Shown one piece after another: positions 1-10,164 of a stretch of 64,000 nt of DNA. Numbering within the stretch: position 1 is the stretch's first letter; each line of letters opens with the position of its first letter. Both the position numbers and the translations under genes were made by a program. The notes below the pieces were generated by a model that saw nothing but the letters and a program-made list of their open reading frames with translations, was not told where the DNA came from and ran no database searches. Source of the stretch: Eledone cirrhosa (lineage: Eukaryota). The stretch is from the NCBI GenBank assembly GCA_964016885.1, contig OZ024740.1, positions 247,194,001 to 247,258,000 of the forward strand, in the 5' to 3' direction.

Positions 1-168
1 TCCCTTTCTGTTTTCGTTTATCTGACCGGTAGTAGCACACTGTAAACTTTAGCCACGTCATTCGAGGGCGACCGGCTGAGGTTGAAGGAACAGAATAGCG
101 GTCGCCCTCGGGTCCTCGATTTTCAGACCCATGGATTTTATCTATTACATTCACGTATTATATTTCGA

Positions 169-225
169 ATACCTGATGATATCACCGGTTCATACGGAAC
201 CCGGTCATTGAAATGATCATAGTAT
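169..225 (+). ncRNA. Minimal type I hammerhead ribozyme (PLE pLTR family A)
   Basis: ATAC-CTGATGA(173-179)-helix II hairpin-GAAA(210-213)-TGATCA palindrome-TA-GTAT. Helix I is ATAC/GTAT. Homologous to 3738-3795. Confidence 0.7.
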
Positions 226-273
226 AATAAACCTTTCAAGGATTTACACAAATCCAGCCTCCTGTCATTTCAT

Positions 274-317
<44 letters not shown>

Positions 318-389
318 TATATATATGTATATACAGAGAGAGAGAGATATAGTAGTGTAGTTAATACGAAGCATTGTGAGATATACTGG

Positions 390-728
390 AAAAGAACGAT
401 AATATGTTTAAGGCCGGTACAATGCGGTGGAATATGAATGGTAACGGATGACAAATGAAACCAAACAAAATAAAGTAATGTTTTACCCAGTGTATTTTAG
501 CATGATATTTCACGACAAACGGGTGATCAGAGTTTTCTAATCGCTCGTGTGTTTTGACTTGGACTATTTCAGCTTCACATTTGAAAAGATGGTAATTGCC
601 TTGAAATATCATATACACTGGTTACAACATTACTTTATTTTCTTTTGTTTCATTTGTCATCATTTGCCCTTCCTATCTTTCTACCTCATTCTACCGCTTT
701 GAAACAAAAACAAATATCGTTTTTTTTT
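390..728. repeat. Degenerate fold-back (inverted repeat) element
   Basis: 390-511 is a diverged reverse complement of 602-728 (GATGACAAATGAAA/TTTCATTTGTCATC, AAAATAAAGTAATG/CATTACTTTATTTT, CCAGTGTAT/ATACACTGG). Confidence 0.6.
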
Positions 729-826
729 ACTACTACTACTACACATATATATATAATATATATATATGTGTCTGTGTATATATATATATATTTGTGTCTG
801 TTTGTATATATATATATATATGCGTA

Positions 827-915
<89 letters not shown>

Positions 916-999
916 ATACTATCAGGGAGCTTCCAACAGAAATGGTCGCATTCTTTAAGGGTATGTCAATATTTATTTATAAAACTGATCTATATTATA

Positions 1000-1060
1000 T
1001 TTTATCTGATGAAAGCACACCATAATTTAACTTGGTGTCCTTGAAATATGTATAATGAAA
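1000..1060 (+). ncRNA. Minimal hammerhead ribozyme (family B, non-autonomous PLE-type repeat ~920-1190)
   Basis: TTTTAT-CTGATGA(1006-1012)-ACACCA..TGGTGT-GAAA(1043-1046)-TATGTA-TA-ATGAAA. The same repeat recurs at ~49990-50340 and ~56065-56340. Confidence 0.7.
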
Positions 1061-1559
1061 TAAATATGGTTTTATAAATATAGTTTCCATTATATCGTAT
1101 TTTTACTCCAATAATTTGTTGAGTGCTTTATATCAGTTATAAAAATATTTGCTTGTTATATCCCAACAATTTAAATAGAACTTCTACATATATAAGGTTT
1201 CTTGGTGAGGAGGGTGACTTTGGACATCCTGCAGGACTAAAAACAAAACCTGTCAAAGGGCAAAGGAGCTCTTAAGAGTCAATGGCCATCCAAAATCACC
1301 GGGAGAGATGACCCCTTAGCCTTTGTCAAGGCAGAATTCTAGGAGAAGGAAAACTCTGATATAACACCTGCAACTCTGATGGTATCCAATGATGTTGACT
1401 TGTTCTTCTTTTTGGTAAATATCATCTTGGTTAAGAGAGTGGGACTGGCTTTGTGCAGTGCCTTTGCTCACTATAAAAGCTTCACGGCACAGGCATTGCT
1501 TTATATCTGGAGATCTCTCTGCACTTGTCGTCACATGGTACCATGGGCCTAGCACTATG

Positions 1560-1707
1560 TGTCAGTGATTGTCACAGGTGTAGTGTTTGTACCAGAGTTT
1601 TCAGGTCGCTGGCTGGACTAAAGTCACATTCGTTCAGCGCATCGGTAGGGGTTCTCCTACATGGATATAAGGTAGTGGCCGTACTCGAAAACGAGTTCGC
1701 AGCCACC

Positions 1708-1710
<3 letters not shown>
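1560..1710 (+). mobile_element. 3' end fragment of an RTE-clade LINE
   Basis: Translates HRCSVCTRVFRSLAGLKSH, the C-terminal C2H2-like motif of RTE ORFs. A short 3' UTR and a microsatellite tail follow. Confidence 0.5.
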
Positions 1711-1745
<35 letters not shown>

Positions 1746-1872
1746 CTGTGTGTGCGTGCGTGTGTGTGTATAATGAAGGACTTAAGTCCGAAACGTCTCA
1801 ACCTCCACCACACCCACCAAGAATGAACCTAATACAACTATGTACAATTGACTCCGTTTGTGTGTCCTTTTC

Positions 1873-1908
<36 letters not shown>

Positions 1909-2117
1909 GTTTAAATTTGGTGGTTCATTACTTGGTAGAATTGGTCATTCTGCAATGCTAATCATGATGTAATGGTAGAAAGGCACGTGACATTATGCAA
2001 CTCAGTCATCTTTGATGTTGAATCCTGCTAGTGGTGCAGGAACGGAGTTAATATATTATGAAATAAAATGACAGGATGCCGGGCAGGTCGAATTCCATTA
2101 ATTATTTATTTCTGCAA

Positions 2118-2175
2118 ACACTATGCACATTTCAGTGGTCATGTTGCGTAAGAACCCGGCGTCATCTTCAGGTGT
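2118..2175 (-). ncRNA. Minimal hammerhead ribozyme (degenerate helix II)
   Basis: Minus strand: ACAC-CTGAAGA-...-GAAA-TGTGCA-TA-GTGT. Confidence 0.55.
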
Positions 2176-2736
2176 AACTTGCATAATGGCCCTATACCAA
2201 AGGAATGATGGTAGACACATTCTAAGAGGCTTTAAGGAAAAAGGCAAAACAAAAGTGTTTTTCTTTTTGACTCAGATACGATCGTGGTAGCCGGTTGTGT
2301 ATATATACTGTACATTTTACTGGCAATATACAGTAATACCAAACGTTAATACAGAATATTATAATTGAATTTTTAAATAATTGTGAATGTCTAGTATACT
2401 GTTATTTAGAGTAGAATATGCAAGTGACTGTTCTTATCTTCTCCAATAAAAAATATAAAGTACCTTTCGAAATATACACATCCAGAGACTTTCAATAATG
2501 ACTTTTGGTCTTTCCCACTCACTCAATATATATATATATATATGGGAGTGTGTGTATGTGTGTACATGTACATGTATATATATAGATTTATATATATGTA
2601 TACATACATGTTTCAACTTGTACAAACATTATTTGGACCACAGCTGTGTATGTGTATATATATATATGTATATTTATATATATATATTATGAAATAAAAG
2701 GAGACTGGACTGGTGTAATTCCTTAAAAGGTTTATT

Positions 2737-2794
2737 ATACTATGATCATTTCAATCACCGGGTTCAGTATGAATCCGGTGACATCATCAGGTAT
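2737..2794 (-). ncRNA. Minimal hammerhead ribozyme (family A)
   Basis: Minus strand: ATAC-CTGATGA-TGTCACCGG ATTCA TAC TGAAC CCGGTGA TT-GAAA-TGATCA-TA-GTAT. Confidence 0.75.
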
Positions 2795-3737
2795 TCAAAA
2801 TATAACAAAGGAATATAATAGACAAAATTCATGGGCCTGAAAAGCAGAGACATGAGGGCGGCCGAACATTTAGCAGCTTCTAGCCCGGTCAGCCGCCCTC
2901 AAGTGATGATTAATAAGTCTTCCTATGTCCTTCTGGTGAAGGGGTGTAGGCTTATAGTGTACTACTACCATCCCGTAATAGACAGAGGCCAGCGGTGAGA
3001 TTAGGTTACATTCAAGCTGGTCAGAAGTGCTAGAAAGTGCCGCGAGAAACTATTTTTTCAAAAAACATTTATGTTTAACAAATCTATATATATGGCGTCA
3101 GCACAGTATATTGTAGGGTCAGAAATTACGATTAACAATTAGAAACGTTAAATTTATGTTTAGAGTTAAAAGATGCCATTTAAGATGAAATTAGAAAAGT
3201 AAGAATTAGGTTTAAAGTTGGGAGATTAAGTTAAAGACTTTACAGAAGGAGGCTTTTATGAAAAAGTATAAGTGTATTATAGATAGTCACGATAAAGCTT
3301 CATAAAAGCCTCCTTCTGTAAAGTCTTTAACTTAATCTCCCAACTTTAAACCTAATTCTTACTTTTCGAATTTCATCTTAAATGCATCTTTTAACTCTAA
3401 ACATAAATTTAACGTTTCTAATTGTTAATCGTAATTTCTGACCATACTGTTAAAGATATATGCTTTTTGAAAAAATAGTTTTTCGCGACATTTTCTGCAA
3501 CTCCTGACCAGATTGAATGTAACCTGATCTCACCGCTGGCCTCTGTCTATGACAGGGTGGTAGTAGTACACTATAAGCCTATGCCCCTTCACCACAAGGA
3601 CATAAGAAGACTTAATAATACTCATCACTTGAAGGCCGGCTGACCGGACTAGAAGCTGCTAAATGTTCGGCCGCCCTCATGTCTCTGCTTTTCAGGCCCA
3701 TGAATTTTATCTATTATATTCCTTTGTTATATTTTGA

Positions 3738-3795
3738 ATACCTGATGATGTCACCGGATTCATACTGAACCCGGTCATTGAAATGATCATAGTAT
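3738..3795 (+). ncRNA. Minimal hammerhead ribozyme (family A)
   Basis: ATAC-CTGATGA(3742-3748)-hairpin-GAAA(3780-3783)-TGATCA-TA-GTAT. Confidence 0.75.
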
Positions 3796-3990
3796 AATAA
3801 ACCTTTTAAGGAATTACACCAGTCCAACCTCCTGTTATTTTATAATAATTAACTCCGTACTCGCACCACCAACAGCACAAACGAAGATCGGTGAGCTGCA
3901 TTACGTTGAGTGCTCTCTATAATATTAAATCGAGGCTGACCATACGGAATGACCAGTTCTATCCAGTGGGGAACCAACAAACCTAAATAA

Positions 3991-4083
<93 letters not shown>

Positions 4084-4210
4084 ATATAGGAGGTGAGTTT
4101 TATTGTAGCACAATAAAGCAATGCAAATATCGGATAAATAGCACTCCACAATTTATAGGACTGGAGTATAAATAATATAAGATCAAAAGATGGTTAAAAG
4201 AGTTCCAAGT

Positions 4211-4279
4211 ATTTTATTATGCGCATTTCAAAAACAAATATCATTATGGGATGATATTTGCGTTCTCATCAGATGAAAT
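4211..4279 (-). ncRNA. Minimal hammerhead ribozyme in the inverted pLTR
   Basis: Minus strand: ATTTCAT-CTGATGA-G-AACGCAAATATCAT..ATGATATTTGTTTTT-GAAA-TGCGCA-TA-ATAAAAT. Confidence 0.75.
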
Positions 4280-4937
4280 AGGGAGACATGATATGAAGCT
4301 TAAAAAACACTTGCGAGCAGTGAAGTGTTAAATCAACATATGAAAAATAAAGTAAGATGGATATATGAGATTGGGAAAGAAAGGGTGGGGGGGTAGGAAA
4401 AATTAAGGAAGAGGAAGAAAGAAAATAAAGGATGACGGGGGAGGAGTATAAGAAGGAAGGATGAGAGAGGAGGAGAAATGAGTGATAGATAGAGAGAAAT
4501 AGCCTTTTCAACTGAGAAAACATTGTCTCGCAGAGAGAAATTAAAAAAACCGTTGAAAGATAATGGTTAATTTAAAAAGAATTTGAAATTAAAGTTAATG
4601 AGGTTTATGAATGGTGATGTTTATGAATAAAGAAAAAGGAATTTATTTATTTAAAGTTTATAAATTGAAGGGTTTAATAATATGTGCGAAAAAAAGAATT
4701 TATTAATATGTATTATTAAAATAAAAATATTAAGGATATAATATGAAAGAAGGAGAGATTGAATGAATTATGAACTTACAGGAATTAGTTAGGGTTTAAG
4801 TTTGTTTTTATGTATTGTAATATGTTAAAGTAAATAATAGGTTTAATGCGAGTACGGAAGGAGAGAAGAAAGAAGAAAAATTTAAGGAAGAAAAAATATC
4901 TAACGTCAAAAAGTATATATGTTTACAAAATTTTCTA

Positions 4938-6962
4938 ATGGTAATATATAATTTATATGGCGTATCTAAAGATAAGTATAATAACCTTATCCTTAAGGAA
5001 CTAAGGAAGAATTATCGTAAAACTAACCACGACAATTTGGAAATTATAAACTTGGAAGCTTCTGAGATTATGTCTAAACTAGGCATCGAGAAAAAGACCG
5101 AACTATTCTCCCCAAGAACTCCGAGGATAAATCTCAAGGATCATAAAAGTAACTTTCGAACGGAACTGCCTGTTAGACTAATCGCCCCCTCTAAATCAGA
5201 TCTGGGGTTTGTTTGTAAATCCATCTTGGATAGAATTATCCCACAGGTTCGTTCTAATTGCTCTATTTCTAACTTAAATTTATGGATTGGTACATCTGAA
5301 GTAATTGGCTCGTTCAATGACCTGAATAATAAAAACAAACAAAAATTTATTCAGTTTGACATTGCCAGTTACTATTCGTCTATTTCGCCTTCACTCCTCA
5401 ACAACGCTCTATCTTTCGCATTTAAATATTCTGACATTACCACAGATGAACTTTACATCATTCTCACCGCAAGAAAAACTATCTTGGAATTCAACAATGA
5501 ATATTGGACTAGAGCTGATACTTCCAACAATTTTGATATCACAATGGGTGCGTCCGATTCATCGCAACTGACGGACTTAATTGGTATCTTTATTTTGAAA
5601 ATTCCTCAACTTCGCGGTGGAATTTACCGTGACGATGCCCTTTTTACTGTCTTAAACTGTAACTTAGTTAACCTTAATATTATTAAGAACAATATACTTG
5701 ATCTATTTAAGCACCATAACCTTAAATTTGAATTTGATAACAACGTCAAACTAGCTAACTTCCTGGATATATCCCTTAATCTTGACACTGTCCTATATTA
5801 CCCTTACCATAAAGACAATGAGAATCTAAATTATGTTAATTTTAAATCTAACCACCCCACTAACGTTAAAAATGCTATAGTCAGTAATATTGAAAAAAGA
5901 ATCTCAAATCTATCCTCTAATAAAGTTATCTTCGACGCTAAAGCCAATTACTATAATAATGCGTTTTCCAAAGCCGGTTATCCTGATAAAATTAAATACA
6001 GTAAAGAAACCAATCATCGGAGGATTTATAGTAAAATAGTTAATTATGAACATTCCAATAACTTAAATAAAAGACCTAGATACAAAAATATGATTTGGTA
6101 TAATGCTCCTTTTTCTCTATCTATTACTAGTAATATTCCTAAACTATTATTTAGAGCCTTAGATAAATGCTTCCCTCCCTCGCATATCTATAGTAAAATC
6201 TTTAACAAACATACAATCAAATTCTCTTATACCACCATTTCCAACATCTCTAACATTATCTCTAAACACAATAATAAAATATTAAATAATAAATTATATC
6301 CATCCAACACTGAGCGTAATAATAGCAATAGTAATCCCGACGTCAATGTTAACTTTAGGCTAGATTCAGTAAATTTATATACGACTTCAAACGTAACTTC
6401 GTTGAATGTTCATAACACCAATCTAAATCAGGAAACTATAGGTCCTATCGTAAATAACTTCTCCAATCCAATTCCTTCTATAAATAATACTAGGTCACGT
6501 GTTAATAACTCTGTTAATTTCTCTAATCGTAATTGTAATTGCCCTGTTAGAACTAAATGTCCTCTTAATAACCAATGTCTTGATAAAATCTTAGTGTATG
6601 AATGTAAGGTTATAACTGGTGCTAATTCTTTTACCTATTTCGGTTCCACTTCCTCTTCCTTTAAAGCAAGATTTTATAATCACAAATCGTCTTTTAAATA
6701 CCAACTTAAAAGAACTAACACGGCAGTCTCGGAACTCATTTGGTCCTTAAAAGACAAAAAAACTAACTATAACATCTCGTGGAGGAAGGTTTGCAACGCC
6801 TTCCCTTACCAGAATTCTTCCCTATCCAGATCATGTAATCTCTGCCTAGCCGAGAAATTTACCATTATATCTAATTTTAATTCTATAATAAATAGACGCA
6901 CGGATTTATTTTCGCTCTGCTTGCATAAATCCCATAGAACTTTCCATAAAGTATACAGTTAA
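4938..6962 (+). CDS. PLE reverse transcriptase plus C-terminal GIY-YIG endonuclease (Hydra-like), N-terminally truncated
   Basis: RT motifs LKDHKSNF..PVRLI, FIQFDIASYYSSI, FDITMGASDS, GIYRDDA, NFLDI, SNHP. Endonuclease motifs CNCPVRTKCPLNNQCL..LVY..YFGST..FKARFYNH..CNLCLAEK..INRR. Confidence 0.9.
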   Translation: MVIYNLYGVSKDKYNNLILKELRKNYRKTNHDNLEIINLEASEIMSKLGIEKKTELFSPRTPRINLKDHKSNFRTELPVRLIAPSKSDLGFVCKSILDRIIPQVRSNCSISNLNLWIGTSEVIGSFNDLNNKNKQKFIQFDIASYYSSISPSLLNNALSFAFKYSDITTDELYIILTARKTILEFNNEYWTRADTSNNFDITMGASDSSQLTDLIGIFILKIPQLRGGIYRDDALFTVLNCNLVNLNIIKNNILDLFKHHNLKFEFDNNVKLANFLDISLNLDTVLYYPYHKDNENLNYVNFKSNHPTNVKNAIVSNIEKRISNLSSNKVIFDAKANYYNNAFSKAGYPDKIKYSKETNHRRIYSKIVNYEHSNNLNKRPRYKNMIWYNAPFSLSITSNIPKLLFRALDKCFPPSHIYSKIFNKHTIKFSYTTISNISNIISKHNNKILNNKLYPSNTERNNSNSNPDVNVNFRLDSVNLYTTSNVTSLNVHNTNLNQETIGPIVNNFSNPIPSINNTRSRVNNSVNFSNRNCNCPVRTKCPLNNQCLDKILVYECKVITGANSFTYFGSTSSSFKARFYNHKSSFKYQLKRTNTAVSELIWSLKDKKTNYNISWRKVCNAFPYQNSSLSRSCNLCLAEKFTIISNFNSIINRRTDLFSLCLHKSHRTFHKVYS

Positions 6963-7944
6963 TATCTCAATACCTAATTAGTTTAAAATCTTCTTTTCTC
7001 AAAGGCTTTTATATCTTTTACAAATACACCCATCTTTCTACCTTATTTCAGTATATTATATTATACAATTTACTCATTCTATGTTGTTAGAGGTCCCCTA
7101 TCTTACTTCTTTTTATCCTTTTTCCTTTCTTCCTTTTTTCTTTTTTAATTTCTAATCTTTAATCTGTAACATTTACTTCTCAATTACTTCTTAATTCATA
7201 TTATTACTCACTATGGCGTTTTCCATTTTTCCATTTTTCCTTATATAGAAACTATATCTTTTTTAATATATACTAATATTACCATTAGAAAATTTTGTAA
7301 ACATATATACTTTTGACGTTAGATATTTTTTCATCCTTAAATTTTCTTCTTTCTTCTCTCCTTCCGTACTCGCATTAAACCTATTATTTACTTTTACATA
7401 TTACAATACATAAAAACAAACTTAAACCCTAACTAATTCCTGTAAGTTCATAATTCATTCAATCTCTCCTTCTTTCATATTATATTCTTAATATTTTTAT
7501 TTTAATAATACATATCATAAAATTCTTTTTTTCGCACATATTATTAAACCCTTTAATATATAAACCTTAAATAAATAAATTCTTTTTTCTTTATTCATAA
7601 ACATCACCATTCATAAACCTCATTAACTTTAATTTCAAATTCTTTTTAAATTAACCATTATCTTTCAACGGTTTTTTTCATTTCTCTCTGCGAGACAATG
7701 TTTTCTCAGTTGAAAAGGCTATTTCTCTCTATCTATCACTCATTTCTCCTCCTCTCTCATCCTTCCTTCTTATACTCCTCCCCCGTCATTCTTTATTTTC
7801 TTTCTTCCTCTTCCTTAATTTGTCCTACCCCCCCCCCCCCCCTTCTTTCCCAATCTCATATATCCATATTACTTTATTTTTCATATGTTGATTTAACACT
7901 TCACTGCTCGCAAGTGTTTTTTAAGCTTCATATCATGTCTCTCT

Positions 7945-8013
7945 ATTTTATCTGATGAGAACGCAAATATCATCCCATGATGATATTTGTTTTTGAAATA
8001 CGCATAATAAAAT
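7945..8013 (+). ncRNA. Minimal hammerhead ribozyme in the PLE 3' pLTR
   Basis: ATTTTAT-CTGATGA(7952-7958)-long helix II-GAAA(7995-7998)-TACGCA-TA-ATAAAAT, with a 7-bp helix I. Confidence 0.78.
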
Positions 8014-8042
8014 ACTTGGAACTCTTTTAACCATCTTTTGAT

Positions 8043-8090
<48 letters not shown>

Positions 8091-8219
8091 CACATACACA
8101 CCTGCTGCCTAAATAATTTTTGTTCAAGTTGAAAACGTATGTATACATATATATAAATCTATATATATACACATGTACATGTACACACACACATATATAT
8201 TTATATTTATATAAAAAGA

Positions 8220-8775
8220 AAATTTCGCTCTACATGGCTGAATACAATAAATGTAATCTGAGCTTTTCGAATATTAATAATAACATTCGATTCGTTTGCA
8301 ATTATACAAACAAGCCTCAATTTTATAGCCATGTCAGTAGAATGAACACTTCATTCTTGCTCTTGCGTTGGCATGCGAACAGAACTGCAGACACTAATGT
8401 TTCTGGGTATCACCCTTCATCAGTACAGCTGCTCACTGTTCACCTGCCAAACTGTCAGAGCTAGTGAAAATATATGCTATTTTCAAAAATACACAGTGAC
8501 TGATCGGACTTATTTTCATATTAGCAGACTGGCTGATCAGTCAGATCTGCATATTAGCAGATCCACTGATCAGACAGATTTGCATATCAGCAGATTGGCC
8601 AGTCAGTTTCCTGTATACGAGCGATAAATGGCCGGCTTTGCCAAATTAAAATAAAAAAGAACAAGAATGAAGTATTCATTTTACTGACATGGCTATAAAA
8701 TTGAGGCTTGTTTGCATAATTGCAAACGAATCGAATGTTACTATTAATATTCGAAAAACTCAGATTACATTTATT
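8220..8775 (-). mobile_element. Non-autonomous hammerhead-bearing element with terminal inverted arms (family C)
   Basis: 8245-8360 is the reverse complement of 8661-8775. Internal CTGATCAG..CATATTAGCAGA sub-repeats. A second copy lies in opposite orientation at ~47350-47870. Confidence 0.7.
8382..8430 (-). ncRNA. Hammerhead ribozyme (family C, GUC triplet)
   Basis: Minus strand: CTGTA-CTGATGA-A-GGGT GAT ACCC-A-GAAA-CA TTAG TG-TC-TGCAG. Confidence 0.7.
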
Positions 8776-8786
8776 ATATATATATA

Positions 8787-10142
8787 TAGTTTTGCGAGGT
8801 TTTTGATATGAAATCGTGTGTCGAAACAAATATTATTATACTTGGGGAGGGTCATATTTGTGTAATATTGCCAGAATTAATAACAGAACACACTCACTGT
8901 TTGGTTGGTTTTCGCCTTTCGCTTCTGTGTCTTTTATATCGGTTAATTTAATTTAATTTATTCGGTCTCAATGTTGCCATTGACTGACCAACGGTCAAAA
9001 ATATAGATACAATATAGACACAAACACATATATATAGTCTAACAAAGTTCTTTCGTTGCACATCTGCAACATCGTCAGTGGTGCTATTGTTTCCTCCCGT
9101 TGTATTGTATTTTCTACGCCATCTTTATTTAGTCTGTTTATATATTTATTTATTTGTTTTGTTTTTTTACTTCTTTGCGCATGCGTTTGCGTGTGTGCAT
9201 AGTGTTTTGTTTGAGGTGTGTTCGTGATTGGGTGACTGTGTATTGGTTAATGTATTCTATCTTTACTAGTGTATGTTTATATGTGTTTGTTGTTATTGTG
9301 CTTGTGTATGTATTTATTTATTTATCTATTTATTTATTTATTTATCTATTTATTTATTTATTTATACTTCTCTTAGGTCAGTGTTGTTTGTTTGGGTGTT
9401 GTTGTTATTCCATTCATTTTTTCTGTTTAACCTTGGCCTTCAAAGTTCTATTTCACTTGCCTCTCTGATTTGCCTATCTGCTGGTTCATTTCTATGTTTA
9501 GGTATTATTCTAATTTCTATGTTGTCTATGTTACCGTCGTGTTGTTGTCTGGCATGTTCGTATAGTACTGAACCGTTTTTTCGTCCTTTTAGTTCTACCC
9601 AGTGTTGGTCTATCCTTTCACCTATACTACGAGCTGTCTCGCCTATGTATGTTGTTGTCATGTTTCTGCAAGTATCCTCTGTACATCTTATGCTATAGAC
9701 TACGTTTCTAGTTTTACAGTTTATCCGGGGGTTTACCTTACATATGATACATTTCCTATTAGTACAGTGGGTTTTCTTAAAAGGGTAGGCTTTGCTGATC
9801 AGAGATTTTATGGTGGTTCCTGGCTTTTCTACCACCTTAATCTTTCTCAAAACTTACCCTTTTAAGAAAACCCACTGTACTAATAGGAAATGTATCATAT
9901 GTAAGTAAACCCCCGGATAACCAGTAAAACTAGAAACGTAATCTATAGCATAAGATGTACAGAGGGTACTTGCAGAAACATGACAACAACATACATAGGC
10001 GAGACAGCTCGTAGCATAGGTGAAACGATAGATCCACACTGGGGAGAACTAAAAGGACGAAAAATCGGTTCAGTACTATACGAACATGCCAGACAACAAC
10101 ACGACGGTAACATAGACAACATAGAAATTAGAATAATATCTA
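8787..10142 (-). mobile_element. Truncated Naiad-like PLE (endonuclease domain plus pLTR) with an inverted duplication of part of the endonuclease
   Basis: 8787-9850 (-) is a diverged homologue of the endonuclease and pLTR of the element at 12731-20681 (VVYSIRC..YIGETARSIGERIDQH). 9851-10142 (+) repeats the endonuclease region in inverted orientation. Hammerhead core at 9023-9084 (-). Confidence 0.85.
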
Positions 10143-10164
10143 TAATGCTTAGGAAGCTTTTTTC

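Larger units (their letters stand above)
2690..3848. mobile_element. Non-coding fold-back element made of two inverted PLE pLTR/3' UTR copies
   Basis: Arms ~2690-3262 and ~3299-3848 are reverse complements around a ~36-bp spacer. A hammerhead lies near each outer end. The flanks are TA-rich. Confidence 0.85.
4174..8047 (+). mobile_element. Penelope-like retroelement (Hydra-clade-like), 5' truncated, with an inverted pLTR at its 5' end
   Basis: 4174-4947 is the reverse complement of 7276-8047. The two arms enclose an RT-GIY-YIG ORF and each carries a hammerhead. The right end runs into (TA)n. Confidence 0.9.
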
